This document shows, piece by piece, positions 32,442 to 42,500 of a stretch of DNA of 64,000 nucleotides; the stretch's first letter is position 1; each line of letters opens with the position of its first letter. The stretch covers positions 23,312,001 through 23,376,000 of the forward strand of contig OX442314.1 of assembly GCA_949358305.1 (NCBI GenBank), written 5' to 3'. A program made the translations under genes and the position numbers. The stretch is from Strigamia acuminata (taxonomy: Eukaryota). Below the pieces are notes generated by a model, which ran no database searches, had not been told where the DNA came from, and saw nothing but the letters and a program-made list of their open reading frames with translations.

Positions 32442-33406
32442 TGTAATGAGCCTAAATTACTATTAAATAAATAATAATAATTCTAGACTTATTGATGCTT
32501 TGACAAGACTTATCATAAAAACTACTCTCTAATATTAAACTCACAAAATGGTTTATTCTGACTTAGAATAAGATAAATTACAGTGATAAATAAAGCTTAA
32601 TGGAAATAAGAAATGAAATAATAGATGAAATGAGGAAATAACTTCAAATCGACGTGGAAACGTTATTTTGACGATTCCAGCGCTCCGGCAACGATTTCGG
32701 CTCGTAATCGTCGCTCTTCTACGGCTCTCTCTTCGACGCTCGTCTCGCTATTCTGCTCGGCGTCGCTCCTCGGTGAAACGGACTTATTCCGTAACTCAAA
32801 CCCTCGAAATTGTCTGGTACAAATCGACTCCCGTCGATTTGTTGAATCAACCGGACTCTTTCCGATACTTCTACTACCCGTTCTCCGCAACTCCGTCGTC
32901 TTGGCGGCGAAACTGCGACTCTTTCGCACAACGTCTAGCCGGATTTCCTCCACGGCAAGGCGAAATCCTGAATCAACAATTGAGTTGACTCAAGACTGAT
33001 AAATCCCACCGCACGTGAAATGTGCGGCAAGACCGAAATATCCCGCTGCTGACTGATTTCAGCAGTAGGAAAACTCCCAAATTAGCTACTGGCTAATGCA
33101 GGAATATGTAAACTTCACGGAGGTTTTCACAAAAATACTAGTGTTTTACTGGTTGGTTTTTGTGTTGTTTCTCTGGCAAAGTTTGTGATCATACTGAGGA
33201 GTTCTCACTCCTCTCAGGACTCATTTCCTGTTTGGAGGCTTGTGGGCTGGTTACCCTGGCAACCACCCACATTTCCTCCCGCTCTGCTCCGCTTTCTAGC
33301 CTGTAGACAGGAAGCATAAAAAACTCAAACTAAAAATATAATAAACTAAAATATATTTCTACAGACTTTTTCTGTTACTTCCTTAGTGACCACTAGGGTC
33401 ACTACA
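32442..33406 (-). repeat. 3' LTR
   Basis: tgtaatgag...ggtcactaca; direct repeat of 46378-47342. Confidence 0.97.
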
Positions 33407-33420
33407 CCTCCCCCCTTTTT
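33407..33420 (-). promoter_or_regulatory. Polypurine tract
   Basis: Minus-strand A-run followed by GGGGGAGG immediately before the TGTAG of the 3' LTR. Confidence 0.9.
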
Positions 33421-33449
33421 AGGAAGGATCCCCGATTCTTCCTTTACTC

Positions 33450-36400
33450 CTAGTCTTCATATTGAGCAGTGGGGTCCAGGACTGGTACCTCACTCTCAGA
33501 TACTGAAAATCGGGGCATTCCTCGAGTTGGGCCCGACGCTGCTCCATTATTGACATGGAGCCAAACTTCAGTAATGTCCGTCGTCGTCGGGAATACTCTC
33601 GCATAGTCCATGTCGTACTTCTCCCGTGTGCCCGTTGGTGCCTTACGGACAGCAATCACTCTTCGATGTTGGGTCATCCTTTTTGGTTCGCGGACCGCAT
33701 TTTCCAGCCATTTGAGAGCGTCATGGCTCAAGGTGTTGCTGTAGATCAGCATGGTTCTTGTGGCTTCGGATAACCGCAGTTTCGGATAAAGGTGACGAAT
33801 TTTCCCGAAATCTTGGTTCTTACTTCTTCTTGCACCTGGTTTGGGCGTCTTGTCGATGTTGGCCAACCCTTTTCTGGAAACGTCCGATTCTTTGGCCGAG
33901 GACTCAATTCCTTCTCGTCTATTCTGATCTGTTTCACTGCCACACACCTCGGACTCCGAATTTCTTGTTGACCTATTCATAGCCAACTGATAGGCCATCG
34001 GTGTGTAGGTCGCAGCCGGTTTAGCTCGAGTCGAGTGTACGTTTGACATCATCATTGGTGTAGTCGCCATCAGAATTGTTGGGACTTCTTCGATTGTGGG
34101 CGCAGGTGGTTCCATTGGAGCCCACTCCATTTGTTTCTGCTCCACAAAAGTACGGAACTTCTGTTGAGCCATCACGTTTTGATAGTGTTGCACCCATTCG
34201 GCTCGTAGTCTCATCGCACACTGGTCCGACGTTTCTCCATTTCCCAGGACATCCCTCATTAGTTGCGCTCGTACTGCTGGCGGATCTCTTAAGATGGACG
34301 TCCAGTTTCCGATCATCTCGTTGGGGATTCCTAATGCGGCCGTCCACAGGAAAGTGGTGGCGATAAATGTCGTCTCGACCGATGGGAAAACTCCTGGAAA
34401 CATTACTCTGTAGAACGCGGCGTCCAGCAGTGGTTGGAACCATGCGAGCCACTCCTTCGTTTGTAATTCCACTGCTTGTTGTACGAACTCTCTCGCTCTC
34501 CTTCTAAGTTCGTTAACTGCTTCGTGAATCTGCGCGTTCTGGTATTCGTCTAAGTTCGCCTTCAATAATCCTTGGTGGCATAGTGGAAACCGCAGGAACA
34601 TCTCCCAAAGTGAACGATAGTCTTTATCGAACCCTTCCTCTGGCTGCATTGCGAGATTATTTGAGTAAGGTGCCGTGGCCAAGTTTGGAACGGGCAACGT
34701 AATGTTCACTTCGGGGATTTGCTCCGTGAAAGGCAAAGTGTGTGGATTTACCCCTTGCTGCTCTCGTGGTTTCGCTGTTCGTGGGTCCTTCGCCTTTTGC
34801 GATTCGTCAACTCGGATTTCCACTTCCGCTTGCGGTCTCAATACCGATTCTCGTCTGACTTCCTTTTGAGGCTTGGCGGGTCTCCTCGGATCTCGTCCTC
34901 CGCGGATGATTGATGACCTCCCTCGTGGACGTAATATTCTCGGCTTCGACGTCCTCTCTTTAACCCCTTTTGCGATTTGGGCATGTTTTATCGCCAAAGC
35001 TTCATCCAACGTGGGTAGGTCGACAAAACTATACGTCTCAGGTGGTGACTTTCTCGGAGTCGGCGTTGGAGGCACTGATCGGGGCGTCCACGTAATCGGC
35101 GTGTGGGTACCAATGACTGGTGATCTTGGTGGAGTCTCTTGAGGCGTCCTTGGCCCTGTCGGACTTTTTTCCGTTTCCTCAAGTTCGTAGGTGATTGCGG
35201 ACGTTATCTCTTGTGAAAGCTGCGTCTCTTTCGTTTCTTCTTCTGAAATTTGCATCCTCTCTTGGCACTCCAACGAAATTTCCCGCACTTCGTCTACAAG
35301 CACGTATTCATTTTCTGATGCTGAATAGTATGAATCACTACTTTCTTTCACTTGGATTCGTAAAATGTCATCCTCATCCTGTGTCACAGTTCGTTTTGGA
35401 CGCATTTTAGAATATCGATGACTGCTCACTGGACGTGATTCTGAGTGCGACCTCTTTTCTGTCGAACTATTGCTTGTCTGGCGTCGATTTTCTTTTAACT
35501 GACGTTTTTTGTTTATCGGACTTAATTCCGGACTTCGACTGTCTCTTCTACGAGAAGAGGAAACATATTTTACTTTACGCCGCTCCGACGAGTGACTTCG
35601 ATGCTCCCTTGTTTCTTGTCGCATTTTTTCGTCTCGTTCAAGGGGTCTTGTTACCCTACTTCGGTTTCTCGACGTACTTTGCTTCGGCGGAGTTTCTTTC
35701 CTCCGTCTGTCGCTTCCTCTGTACCGAAGTGCTCCTCGGGTCCTTGCTTCCCTTCCTCTTCGAGCTAACTCATGTTGTTCAAATCGGAATTCATCGTAAT
35801 TTCTATCTCTAGAATGGTGACTTCTCGATGAATGATGAGGTTTCGGACTTAATTCCGATTTTTGTTGACTTCTGGACGCTAATCGACTTCTCGGATGGCG
35901 TGCAGATGTTGTAGATCTTTCTGATCTCTCTGGCGGAGTCTTCTCTCGCTGCACCGTACTTCGTGGTCGTCTTGACGAATACTCCACTTTTCGAGTTGTC
36001 TGGGGCGGTGTCTTTCTTCGTCGTTCTGGACTTGGCTCTCGGTCGTCCTGAGATCTTTTATCTCTACGTTCCTTTTCCTCTTTTTCCAGTCGTTGCCTCT
36101 TTACATATACCAGCGGGCCAAAATCATCCCGCAACTCCGGTTTCTCCTTGGATACTGGCGTGATGTGAACACCGAGCACTCCGGCCATCGTGAGCTGGTG
36201 CATCTCGTATTGTGAAGTGACGTAATATGGTGGCACCGTCTCCAAATCTGGCTCTTCCAGTAACGCCTGCTCTGCTTGCCATTTCGCTTTGGCCTCCAGA
36301 TATCTTGCTGCTACATCCGCCATGCCTTCCTGCAGTCGGTTCATCACTTGTCGTGCAAATTGAACTCGATTTGTCGCCGGGTCGCAATAAATAACGTAGT

Positions 36401-36701
36401 CCTCCGCTTCTTCTGGAGTCATCGGAAAATCTTCGCCTATCAATTCGTTCCAAATTGGTCCGTGTGTGTCCGTTAATATTGAAATTAATTTTAACATTTC
36501 ATGGAAACACGTTTTGAAACCCTTGAATAATCTCTTCAAGGTTCCCCAGCGTCGTTGCATGGCTAGCGAGATGAATTTTCGGACATTTGCTGGTTTGTAG
36601 CCTCTCCGCTCGAATATTCTTCTTAATTTGTGATGAATCCTTCCCCGATAGAAAGTTCGTGGAACTCTTGCATTTTGGGGTAATGCGTCCCATGATTCCA
36701 T
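33450..36701 (-). CDS. Retroelement ORF3, 1083 aa, unknown function, Arg/Ser-rich middle
   Basis: ATG-initiated 3.25-kb open frame between pol and the PPT, same strand as gag-pol. An in-phase AG acceptor (tttatag) lies 12 nt upstream. Confidence 0.88.
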   Translation of the reverse strand: MESWDALPQNARVPRTFYRGRIHHKLRRIFERRGYKPANVRKFISLAMQRRWGTLKRLFKGFKTCFHEMLKLISILTDTHGPIWNELIGEDFPMTPEEAEDYVIYCDPATNRVQFARQVMNRLQEGMADVAARYLEAKAKWQAEQALLEEPDLETVPPYYVTSQYEMHQLTMAGVLGVHITPVSKEKPELRDDFGPLVYVKRQRLEKEEKERRDKRSQDDREPSPERRRKTPPQTTRKVEYSSRRPRSTVQREKTPPERSERSTTSARHPRSRLASRSQQKSELSPKPHHSSRSHHSRDRNYDEFRFEQHELARRGREARTRGALRYRGSDRRRKETPPKQSTSRNRSRVTRPLERDEKMRQETREHRSHSSERRKVKYVSSSRRRDSRSPELSPINKKRQLKENRRQTSNSSTEKRSHSESRPVSSHRYSKMRPKRTVTQDEDDILRIQVKESSDSYYSASENEYVLVDEVREISLECQERMQISEEETKETQLSQEITSAITYELEETEKSPTGPRTPQETPPRSPVIGTHTPITWTPRSVPPTPTPRKSPPETYSFVDLPTLDEALAIKHAQIAKGVKERTSKPRILRPRGRSSIIRGGRDPRRPAKPQKEVRRESVLRPQAEVEIRVDESQKAKDPRTAKPREQQGVNPHTLPFTEQIPEVNITLPVPNLATAPYSNNLAMQPEEGFDKDYRSLWEMFLRFPLCHQGLLKANLDEYQNAQIHEAVNELRRRAREFVQQAVELQTKEWLAWFQPLLDAAFYRVMFPGVFPSVETTFIATTFLWTAALGIPNEMIGNWTSILRDPPAVRAQLMRDVLGNGETSDQCAMRLRAEWVQHYQNVMAQQKFRTFVEQKQMEWAPMEPPAPTIEEVPTILMATTPMMMSNVHSTRAKPAATYTPMAYQLAMNRSTRNSESEVCGSETDQNRREGIESSAKESDVSRKGLANIDKTPKPGARRSKNQDFGKIRHLYPKLRLSEATRTMLIYSNTLSHDALKWLENAVREPKRMTQHRRVIAVRKAPTGTREKYDMDYARVFPTTTDITEVWLHVNNGAASGPTRGMPRFSVSESEVPVLDPTAQYED

Positions 36702-37418
36702 CGCTTTCCTTGTCTATAAATTAAATTTTTATTAATTTTTTGTCTTTTACGAAATTATTCTCAATTGTGTGTGTCATTTTCTTAATTTTTATGTTTCATA
36801 AAATTCTCGCCAGATGGCGCTCTTTCGTATATCGCGACGTATTTTCATGTCGCTTTTCTCAAGTTTTTTGCCAATATTTACTAGTTTTGTCACATAAAAC
36901 TAATTATTTCTGATAGTTCTAACTTAGTTTTAGCCTTCTTAGCGATATTCCGTGCCCATCTCGATCTTTTATCAGTTTTGTGATCGCGTCTCCGTATTTA
37001 CGACTTATTTCGCTTCGTCTCTTACGATCATCGATAAATTTTTACTTTTATGACACGCACAATTGATGAATAATGATAACTATTATTTTGGATCTCTTAT
37101 CCTTAGTTTTTTCGACTTAATTCGATTTTTTACTACCTCTTCGTGTACTGGTTTCTTCGGTTCCGGCGGCGGTCGAAAATCTTGATTCATCGTGGTGTTG
37201 ATGATTGCTCCGTCCGGGCCTCCTCGTAACTCCTTGTTGTTTGATCGCTTGTGTTTAGTTTAAATCACTCCAACGTTTTGTTATTGTTTTGACGAATGTC
37301 TCCACACATGTGATTTTTACTTCACGTTGAATCGACATGAGGTTCGTTCAACCAATCACGATCGAGCTGCGACGTCGTCCACTTCCGGACTCCCGAGTGA
37401 CGTCGCTCTATTCTATTT

Positions 37419-40400
37419 TTAGAGGTAGTCTGGTGGTTTAATCCTCCCTCTGTCTCGAAGTGGATATTTCTTCAGGACAGCTTTCTTTTTAATTATTTTG
37501 AGTTGGTTTTCGCGCAGATCTTTATATCTTTGTTTTGTTTTCACTTTTTTCACCACTTCTCCCCTCTTTTTAGAAAACGACGCAACCTGTTCGTCTGTTT
37601 CTACAACTAAATTTTTTGGAAAAAGTGGCACATCAACTTGTGATGTTTGTTGCAAAGTTGCGCTCAAATCTTCATTAATTTCTTCACTTTGTTCGACTTG
37701 CTGATCGCTTGGAATTGCAAATTCTATTTCCTCATTATTTTCCGTGTCTGATGAACTTGGTGCTGTTTGTAATTCTTGTTGTTCTTGCGAAATTTGCGAA
37801 TCTTGCAAATTTTGTGTTTGCTCCAAAATTTGTGATTCTTGTGAATTTCCTTGATTTTGCGAATCTTCTAAATTTTGCATTTGACGCAAAGTTTGAGATT
37901 CTGTTGAATTATTACCTTGAATTTGTTCATTCTGCACGTTCTGCGAACTCTCTATATTTGCAATTTCTTGCCTTTCGGATGTCGATGGTTCGTCGAACAA
38001 AGTGTTAATAATTTTTCCTTCCGGGTTACTTTGCGTTTGGCCTTTTTCCCAAATTTCTTGATTAAATTCCGGGAAAAATGGCGTTAACTCGGACATGTGA
38101 ATGGAACGTAGGATCTTATTATCTTTAAGTCGTCTTAATTTGACAGCTCCGCCCTGGTGGACTTTAATGATAACATATGGCCCACTCCTCTTGTCGGATA
38201 ATTTCGCAGAAATTCCCTGCGATGCTTTTGACAAAATGTGATCTTCTTTCCATACGAGGTCATTCGTTCGAAAATCTTGAAATTTCCCATCTAATTTATG
38301 GTTGTCCACACGCTCACGAAGGTCCATGATGTGCGCCATCATATGATGGTACGTGTCGCGAATGACTTTCTCCAATCGTTGGATGTAAATGTGCGGCTTA
38401 TTTGGGTCAATTTTCAAAATTCCATCCAAAATTCGAGGATCCCATGGTATCCTAAATTCTCGGCCACAATTTAAGTATGCTGGCGAGTAATCGCGGCCTG
38501 TTGTTGCTGTTGTGCGTATACTAAACGCTATCTCTCTTAGATATTCGTCCCAGCGCTTGTGGATCGATGTGTAAATCGAAAGAATATATTTCAGGTCTCT
38601 GTTGGTTCTTTCCACTGTGTTGGCTTGGGGATGATATGGTGATGTAAATCGCGGCACAATTTTGAACTTTTTACAAAATTCATGGTAAAGTCGTGCTTTA
38701 AATTGCGGTCCGTTATCCGATATAATCCGGAGCGGAAATCCCCAACCCATGCATGTGTCAAACAAACAGTCAGCTATATCTTGGGCCACTGGGTCTGCCA
38801 GCGGGTAAAGTTCTGGCCAGCGAGTGGCTATATCCAGAATCACCAAAATATAGTTATTTCCTGTTTCCGTTCTAGTTAACGGTCCTACTAAATCGATACT
38901 TAAACATTCAAATGGCGCATACGGGCCAATTTGAGCTGGTTCTATTCGTGTTTTTGTTCTGGGTTTGCACGCTTGGCAACGAGAACAATGCTTAATAAAT
39001 CGAGCTGTATCTCGTTTCATCCCCTCCCACGTATACACTTGTCGCATACGGTAAAGTGTTCGTGCTATTCCGCAGTGGCTCGCCAAAGGATGTCCGTGCA
39101 TTTGCCACAGAACTCTAAATCGTAATGATCTCGGCACTACAATTTTAAGCGCTCTTGAATCCTCTGCCAAATCATCCGACATTGTTGGGTGATATTTAAG
39201 CAAAAGGTTTTCCTCAACAATGTGTTTCGTTGCTAAGATGCGATATTTTTTCCTATGTAACGGAGTTTTCACGTATGTGGGAAATTGCTCCGTCTCAAGA
39301 TAATGTCGCATGGCCTGACAGTGGCGGTCTTTGATCTGGTGATCTACGAGCTCTTCTCGTGTCGGCGGTGTGCAGTTTGCTTGTTCCGTCACTTTTGCGA
39401 TAAATGCCGTGACCATCTCGTTTTCGGAAGTTGGCATGTACTGCCACTCTTTCTTTTCTTTTGGACTCTGTTCCAACTCTTCACTAGGCGCACTGTACAT
39501 TTGACACCAATATGATGCGACCTCTTCGTCTTCGCTTATTGGTCGTGGCAATTGATTCCAGTTCCCCACCACCCATTTGCGTGGCTCAGTTGGGCAATAT
39601 CTCAGATCGCCGTCGGCTTCTCCTGTGTCTTCCGCGTCGCAAATTATCTGAATTGGCGCCCTGGACAATGCGTCGGCCAATGTGTTGGATGTCCCCTTTA
39701 AGTACTGAATTTGGAAATTGTAAGACATCAATTCCATTTGCCAGCGGGCAAGACGGCCTGCTGGCTCTTCCAGTCTCATCAACCATTTCAACGCCTCGTG
39801 GTCAGTTTGCACGACGAAGCTCGTGAATTCGAGATACGGCCTGAATTTCCGCAGCGCCCATATGACGGCTAAACACTCGAGGTCGGTGGCGCTATAATTG
39901 AGTTCTGCCTGCTGTAGACATCGGCTGATATAAACGCATGGTGATTCTATCATCTGGCCGTCAATTTCCTTCATCTGCATTAAAGCGGCGCCCAGACCCT
40001 TTTTGCTCGCATCTGTTCTCACAATGAAAGATTGATGTAAATTCGGTAAATGCATTGTCTTTGCATCAGTCAATAACTTTTTTATTTCATCAAATGCAAC
40101 TTGGTGCTCATTTTCCCATAGGAACTCTATTCCTTTCTTCAACAATGGGCGTAATGGTGCCGCTACAGTTGCCAAATCCTTCAGAAGACGGTGGAAAAAG
40201 TTGACCATTCCGAGGAATCTCTGGAGCTCAGTCAAATTCTTTGGCGCTGGAAATTCCGAGATTGCCGCTACTTTCGCGGGGTCTACACTTAATCCATTAA
40301 TTCCTAATTTATATCCTAGGAATTTGAGTTCTTTTCTGCAGAATTTGGACTTGGTCGGATTCACGTGTAATCCGGCTTGCTGTAGTTTTCCCAATACTGA

Positions 40401-42500
40401 GTCCAAGTGCTTCATATGTTCTTCATAAGTCCTAGATACGATCACTATATCGTCCAGGTAGGCCCAAGCATATTTCCTGAATGCTTCGCCTAATACCTTT
40501 TCAATCAAACGTTGAAATGTTGTTGGCGCGTTGACCAGCCCGAAGGGCATGACATTGAACATTAAACGGCCCATGGGGCTCCAGAAAGCCGTTTTCGGAC
40601 GATCTTCCGGTCTCAAGTCTATCTGCCAGTAGCCCTTTGTTAAGTCAATGGTCGACACCCATTGGAATTCTCCTAATTCTCTTAAGATTTCCGTAATGGT
40701 CGGCATTTGTGGCGGGTCATAAAGGGTGTGTTCGTTTAGTGCTCTGTAATCGATACAGAGGCGTGGCTCCGAACCTGGTCTCATTACCAGCACGATTCGC
40801 GTTGCGTAATCTCCTTCAGCTTCCGATACATAGCCTTTGTCGATCATCTCCTGGCAGAGGGTTCTTAAAATTTCGCGCTTTTGTGGGTTCCATGATTTGA
40901 ATGGAACTCGGATCGGTTTATCCGTGTCTAAGTTTATCGAGTGTTGGAGCACGTGTGTTTTTCCCGGATTCTTGCTGAGTATCTTCTCATATTTTCTCAG
41001 CACATGCTCTAATTGTGCTGCTTCTGTTAATTGCAGTTTTGCTTCTTCAATCATATCATGGACTCCATTTCCAACCTTCAACTTCGCCTCGAATGCACAA
41101 AAGCTACTTTCTTTTCTAAATGTTTTCAATGACGATTCGGGCTCTTCTTTCTTTTGCTCATATTTATCAAGAAGATACTGCGGTATGTAAGGTTGTGGTA
41201 CATCTATTGTCGTGATGAAATTCCATTTGCCGTTGAGTGGATTCGGCTGTATCTTCATCCTTTTCATTGCGTCATTGCCGATTAACATGAACTTCATGTC
41301 GTGAGGCAACACTAAAAAATACTGCTGCATCATACCATGAGTCCATCTAATCATCATTCTTATTGTCCCCATAGGTTGGACTTGTTTGTCCGCTGTATTT
41401 ACAGTCATGTTGGCTTTGAGGGGCCAAACTTGTTTTTCCAACCCCATTGCTTGAATCAGTGGCCAAGAAATACAACTGCGATTGGCACCGGAATCCAACA
41501 TCGCGGCGATCGAACCTTGTTCTGTCTTGATGTCAATCGTCGTCATCCCTTCTAAAACATCTTCTTCGGGGAGTAAAATGTTAAAGACTCTAATTCTTGG
41601 TCCTTCTGGCTCCAAAGTTGTTAACTCCTTTAGGAGTGGGTCCCAATCCACTGGTTCAGCTGACGTATCGGTCATCCAAGCCGCTATAGATGGAGTTTCT
41701 TCATAGGTCTTTTTTACCTTCGTCCAAAAAATAGTTGCCTCATTTTCCTGCACCAATTTTACATCTTTTAAAGCTTCGGTCACGTTGACTGTGAAATATG
41801 ATTTGTCAAAGTCGTTTGAACGATAAGCTTCTTGTATTACAGGTGGACAATCTTTTATTTCTAGAGGCGGGAACCTCATTGCGACGAGTTGTCCGCACTC
41901 CATGTCACAAATCATTTCTCCTCTTTTGGGCATCGTGCCGATTGCTTCCGGTGGCGTGAGTATTACAGGAATAGTCGTATTTTTCAGTGGTCCATTATCG
42001 TATAAACTGTCCGTTTTTGATGAACAGCCGGCTAATTCCGGTTCTGATGAACACCCGGCTACTTCCGGTTTTGGTTCCGTTGTTGCTTTTGGAGCTGGAA
42101 ATTTTATTCCCACAACTTCACCATCTTCGTAATCAACAACTATTGTTCCTCTTCCACCTTCCAAAGTTCCAATTACTTTGCGTGGTTTTTCAATCAATTC
42201 CGATTGCACATATTCTCCAGTTTTGCTATCTTTGATGAATCGTGATCCTGAAGGTACTTTTGCTGTTAGTGGAGTCTCTTGGATGTCTTCAGTCCGATCT
42301 TGTGACTCCACCGATGTTTTTAATATTAATGAAGTCTCTATTACCTTTTCATCTAATGATTGGGTCTCCGATAACCCTTCTGAATTCTCTACTACTTCCA
42401 CGGATAGAGCTGTTGTTGGTTGGGCATCTTGCAGTTTTTCCGAATTTTTTGTCAGCGCGAGCTCTACTGCTTTTCCTGAGCCCGCGCGTTCAAGTTTTTT
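37419..42500 (-). CDS. pol: Pol polyprotein (PR, RT, RNase H, integrase), expressed by -1 frameshift
   Basis: LDSGA; IDLTKGYWQI, MPFGL, YLDD; TDAS..GLGA; HGHPLASH..CSRC; IDLVG, SDNG, VERTN; SGPY. The frame is open back to the slippery site. Confidence 0.96.
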   Translation of the reverse strand, partial: KKLERAGSGKAVELALTKNSEKLQDAQPTTALSVEVVENSEGLSETQSLDEKVIETSLILKTSVESQDRTEDIQETPLTAKVPSGSRFIKDSKTGEYVQSELIEKPRKVIGTLEGGRGTIVVDYEDGEVVGIKFPAPKATTEPKPEVAGCSSEPELAGCSSKTDSLYDNGPLKNTTIPVILTPPEAIGTMPKRGEMICDMECGQLVAMRFPPLEIKDCPPVIQEAYRSNDFDKSYFTVNVTEALKDVKLVQENEATIFWTKVKKTYEETPSIAAWMTDTSAEPVDWDPLLKELTTLEPEGPRIRVFNILLPEEDVLEGMTTIDIKTEQGSIAAMLDSGANRSCISWPLIQAMGLEKQVWPLKANMTVNTADKQVQPMGTIRMMIRWTHGMMQQYFLVLPHDMKFMLIGNDAMKRMKIQPNPLNGKWNFITTIDVPQPYIPQYLLDKYEQKKEEPESSLKTFRKESSFCAFEAKLKVGNGVHDMIEEAKLQLTEAAQLEHVLRKYEKILSKNPGKTHVLQHSINLDTDKPIRVPFKSWNPQKREILRTLCQEMIDKGYVSEAEGDYATRIVLVMRPGSEPRLCIDYRALNEHTLYDPPQMPTITEILRELGEFQWVSTIDLTKGYWQIDLRPEDRPKTAFWSPMGRLMFNVMPFGLVNAPTTFQRLIEKVLGEAFRKYAWAYLDDIVIVSRTYEEHMKHLDSVLGKLQQAGLHVNPTKSKFCRKELKFLGYKLGINGLSVDPAKVAAISEFPAPKNLTELQRFLGMVNFFHRLLKDLATVAAPLRPLLKKGIEFLWENEHQVAFDEIKKLLTDAKTMHLPNLHQSFIVRTDASKKGLGAALMQMKEIDGQMIESPCVYISRCLQQAELNYSATDLECLAVIWALRKFRPYLEFTSFVVQTDHEALKWLMRLEEPAGRLARWQMELMSYNFQIQYLKGTSNTLADALSRAPIQIICDAEDTGEADGDLRYCPTEPRKWVVGNWNQLPRPISEDEEVASYWCQMYSAPSEELEQSPKEKKEWQYMPTSENEMVTAFIAKVTEQANCTPPTREELVDHQIKDRHCQAMRHYLETEQFPTYVKTPLHRKKYRILATKHIVEENLLLKYHPTMSDDLAEDSRALKIVVPRSLRFRVLWQMHGHPLASHCGIARTLYRMRQVYTWEGMKRDTARFIKHCSRCQACKPRTKTRIEPAQIGPYAPFECLSIDLVGPLTRTETGNNYILVILDIATRWPELYPLADPVAQDIADCLFDTCMGWGFPLRIISDNGPQFKARLYHEFCKKFKIVPRFTSPYHPQANTVERTNRDLKYILSIYTSIHKRWDEYLREIAFSIRTTATTGRDYSPAYLNCGREFRIPWDPRILDGILKIDPNKPHIYIQRLEKVIRDTYHHMMAHIMDLRERVDNHKLDGKFQDFRTNDLVWKEDHILSKASQGISAKLSDKRSGPYVIIKVHQGGAVKLRRLKDNKILRSIHMSELTPFFPEFNQEIWEKGQTQSNPEGKIINTLFDEPSTSERQEIANIESSQNVQNEQIQGNNSTESQTLRQMQNLEDSQNQGNSQESQILEQTQNLQDSQISQEQQELQTAPSSSDTENNEEIEFAIPSDQQVEQSEEINEDLSATLQQTSQVDVPLFPKNLVVETDEQVASFSKKRGEVVKKVKTKQRYKDLRENQLKIIKKKAVLKKYPLRDRGRIKPPDYL
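42452..42500 (-). promoter_or_regulatory. -1 ribosomal frameshift signal
   Basis: A_AAA_AAC (42500-42494), 6-nt spacer, then stem GCGCGGGCTC/GAGCTCGCGC. Confidence 0.85.

Noticed and set aside
32663..32988. Short ORFs in the LTR (repeated at 46599-46924)
   Set aside because: Overlapping frames on both strands in a GC-rich patch, non-ATG starts and no recognisable motifs.
33450..36701. Calling ORF3 an env gene because of its position
   Set aside because: No signal peptide, no C-terminal TM anchor, few cysteines and a large RS-rich disordered tract.
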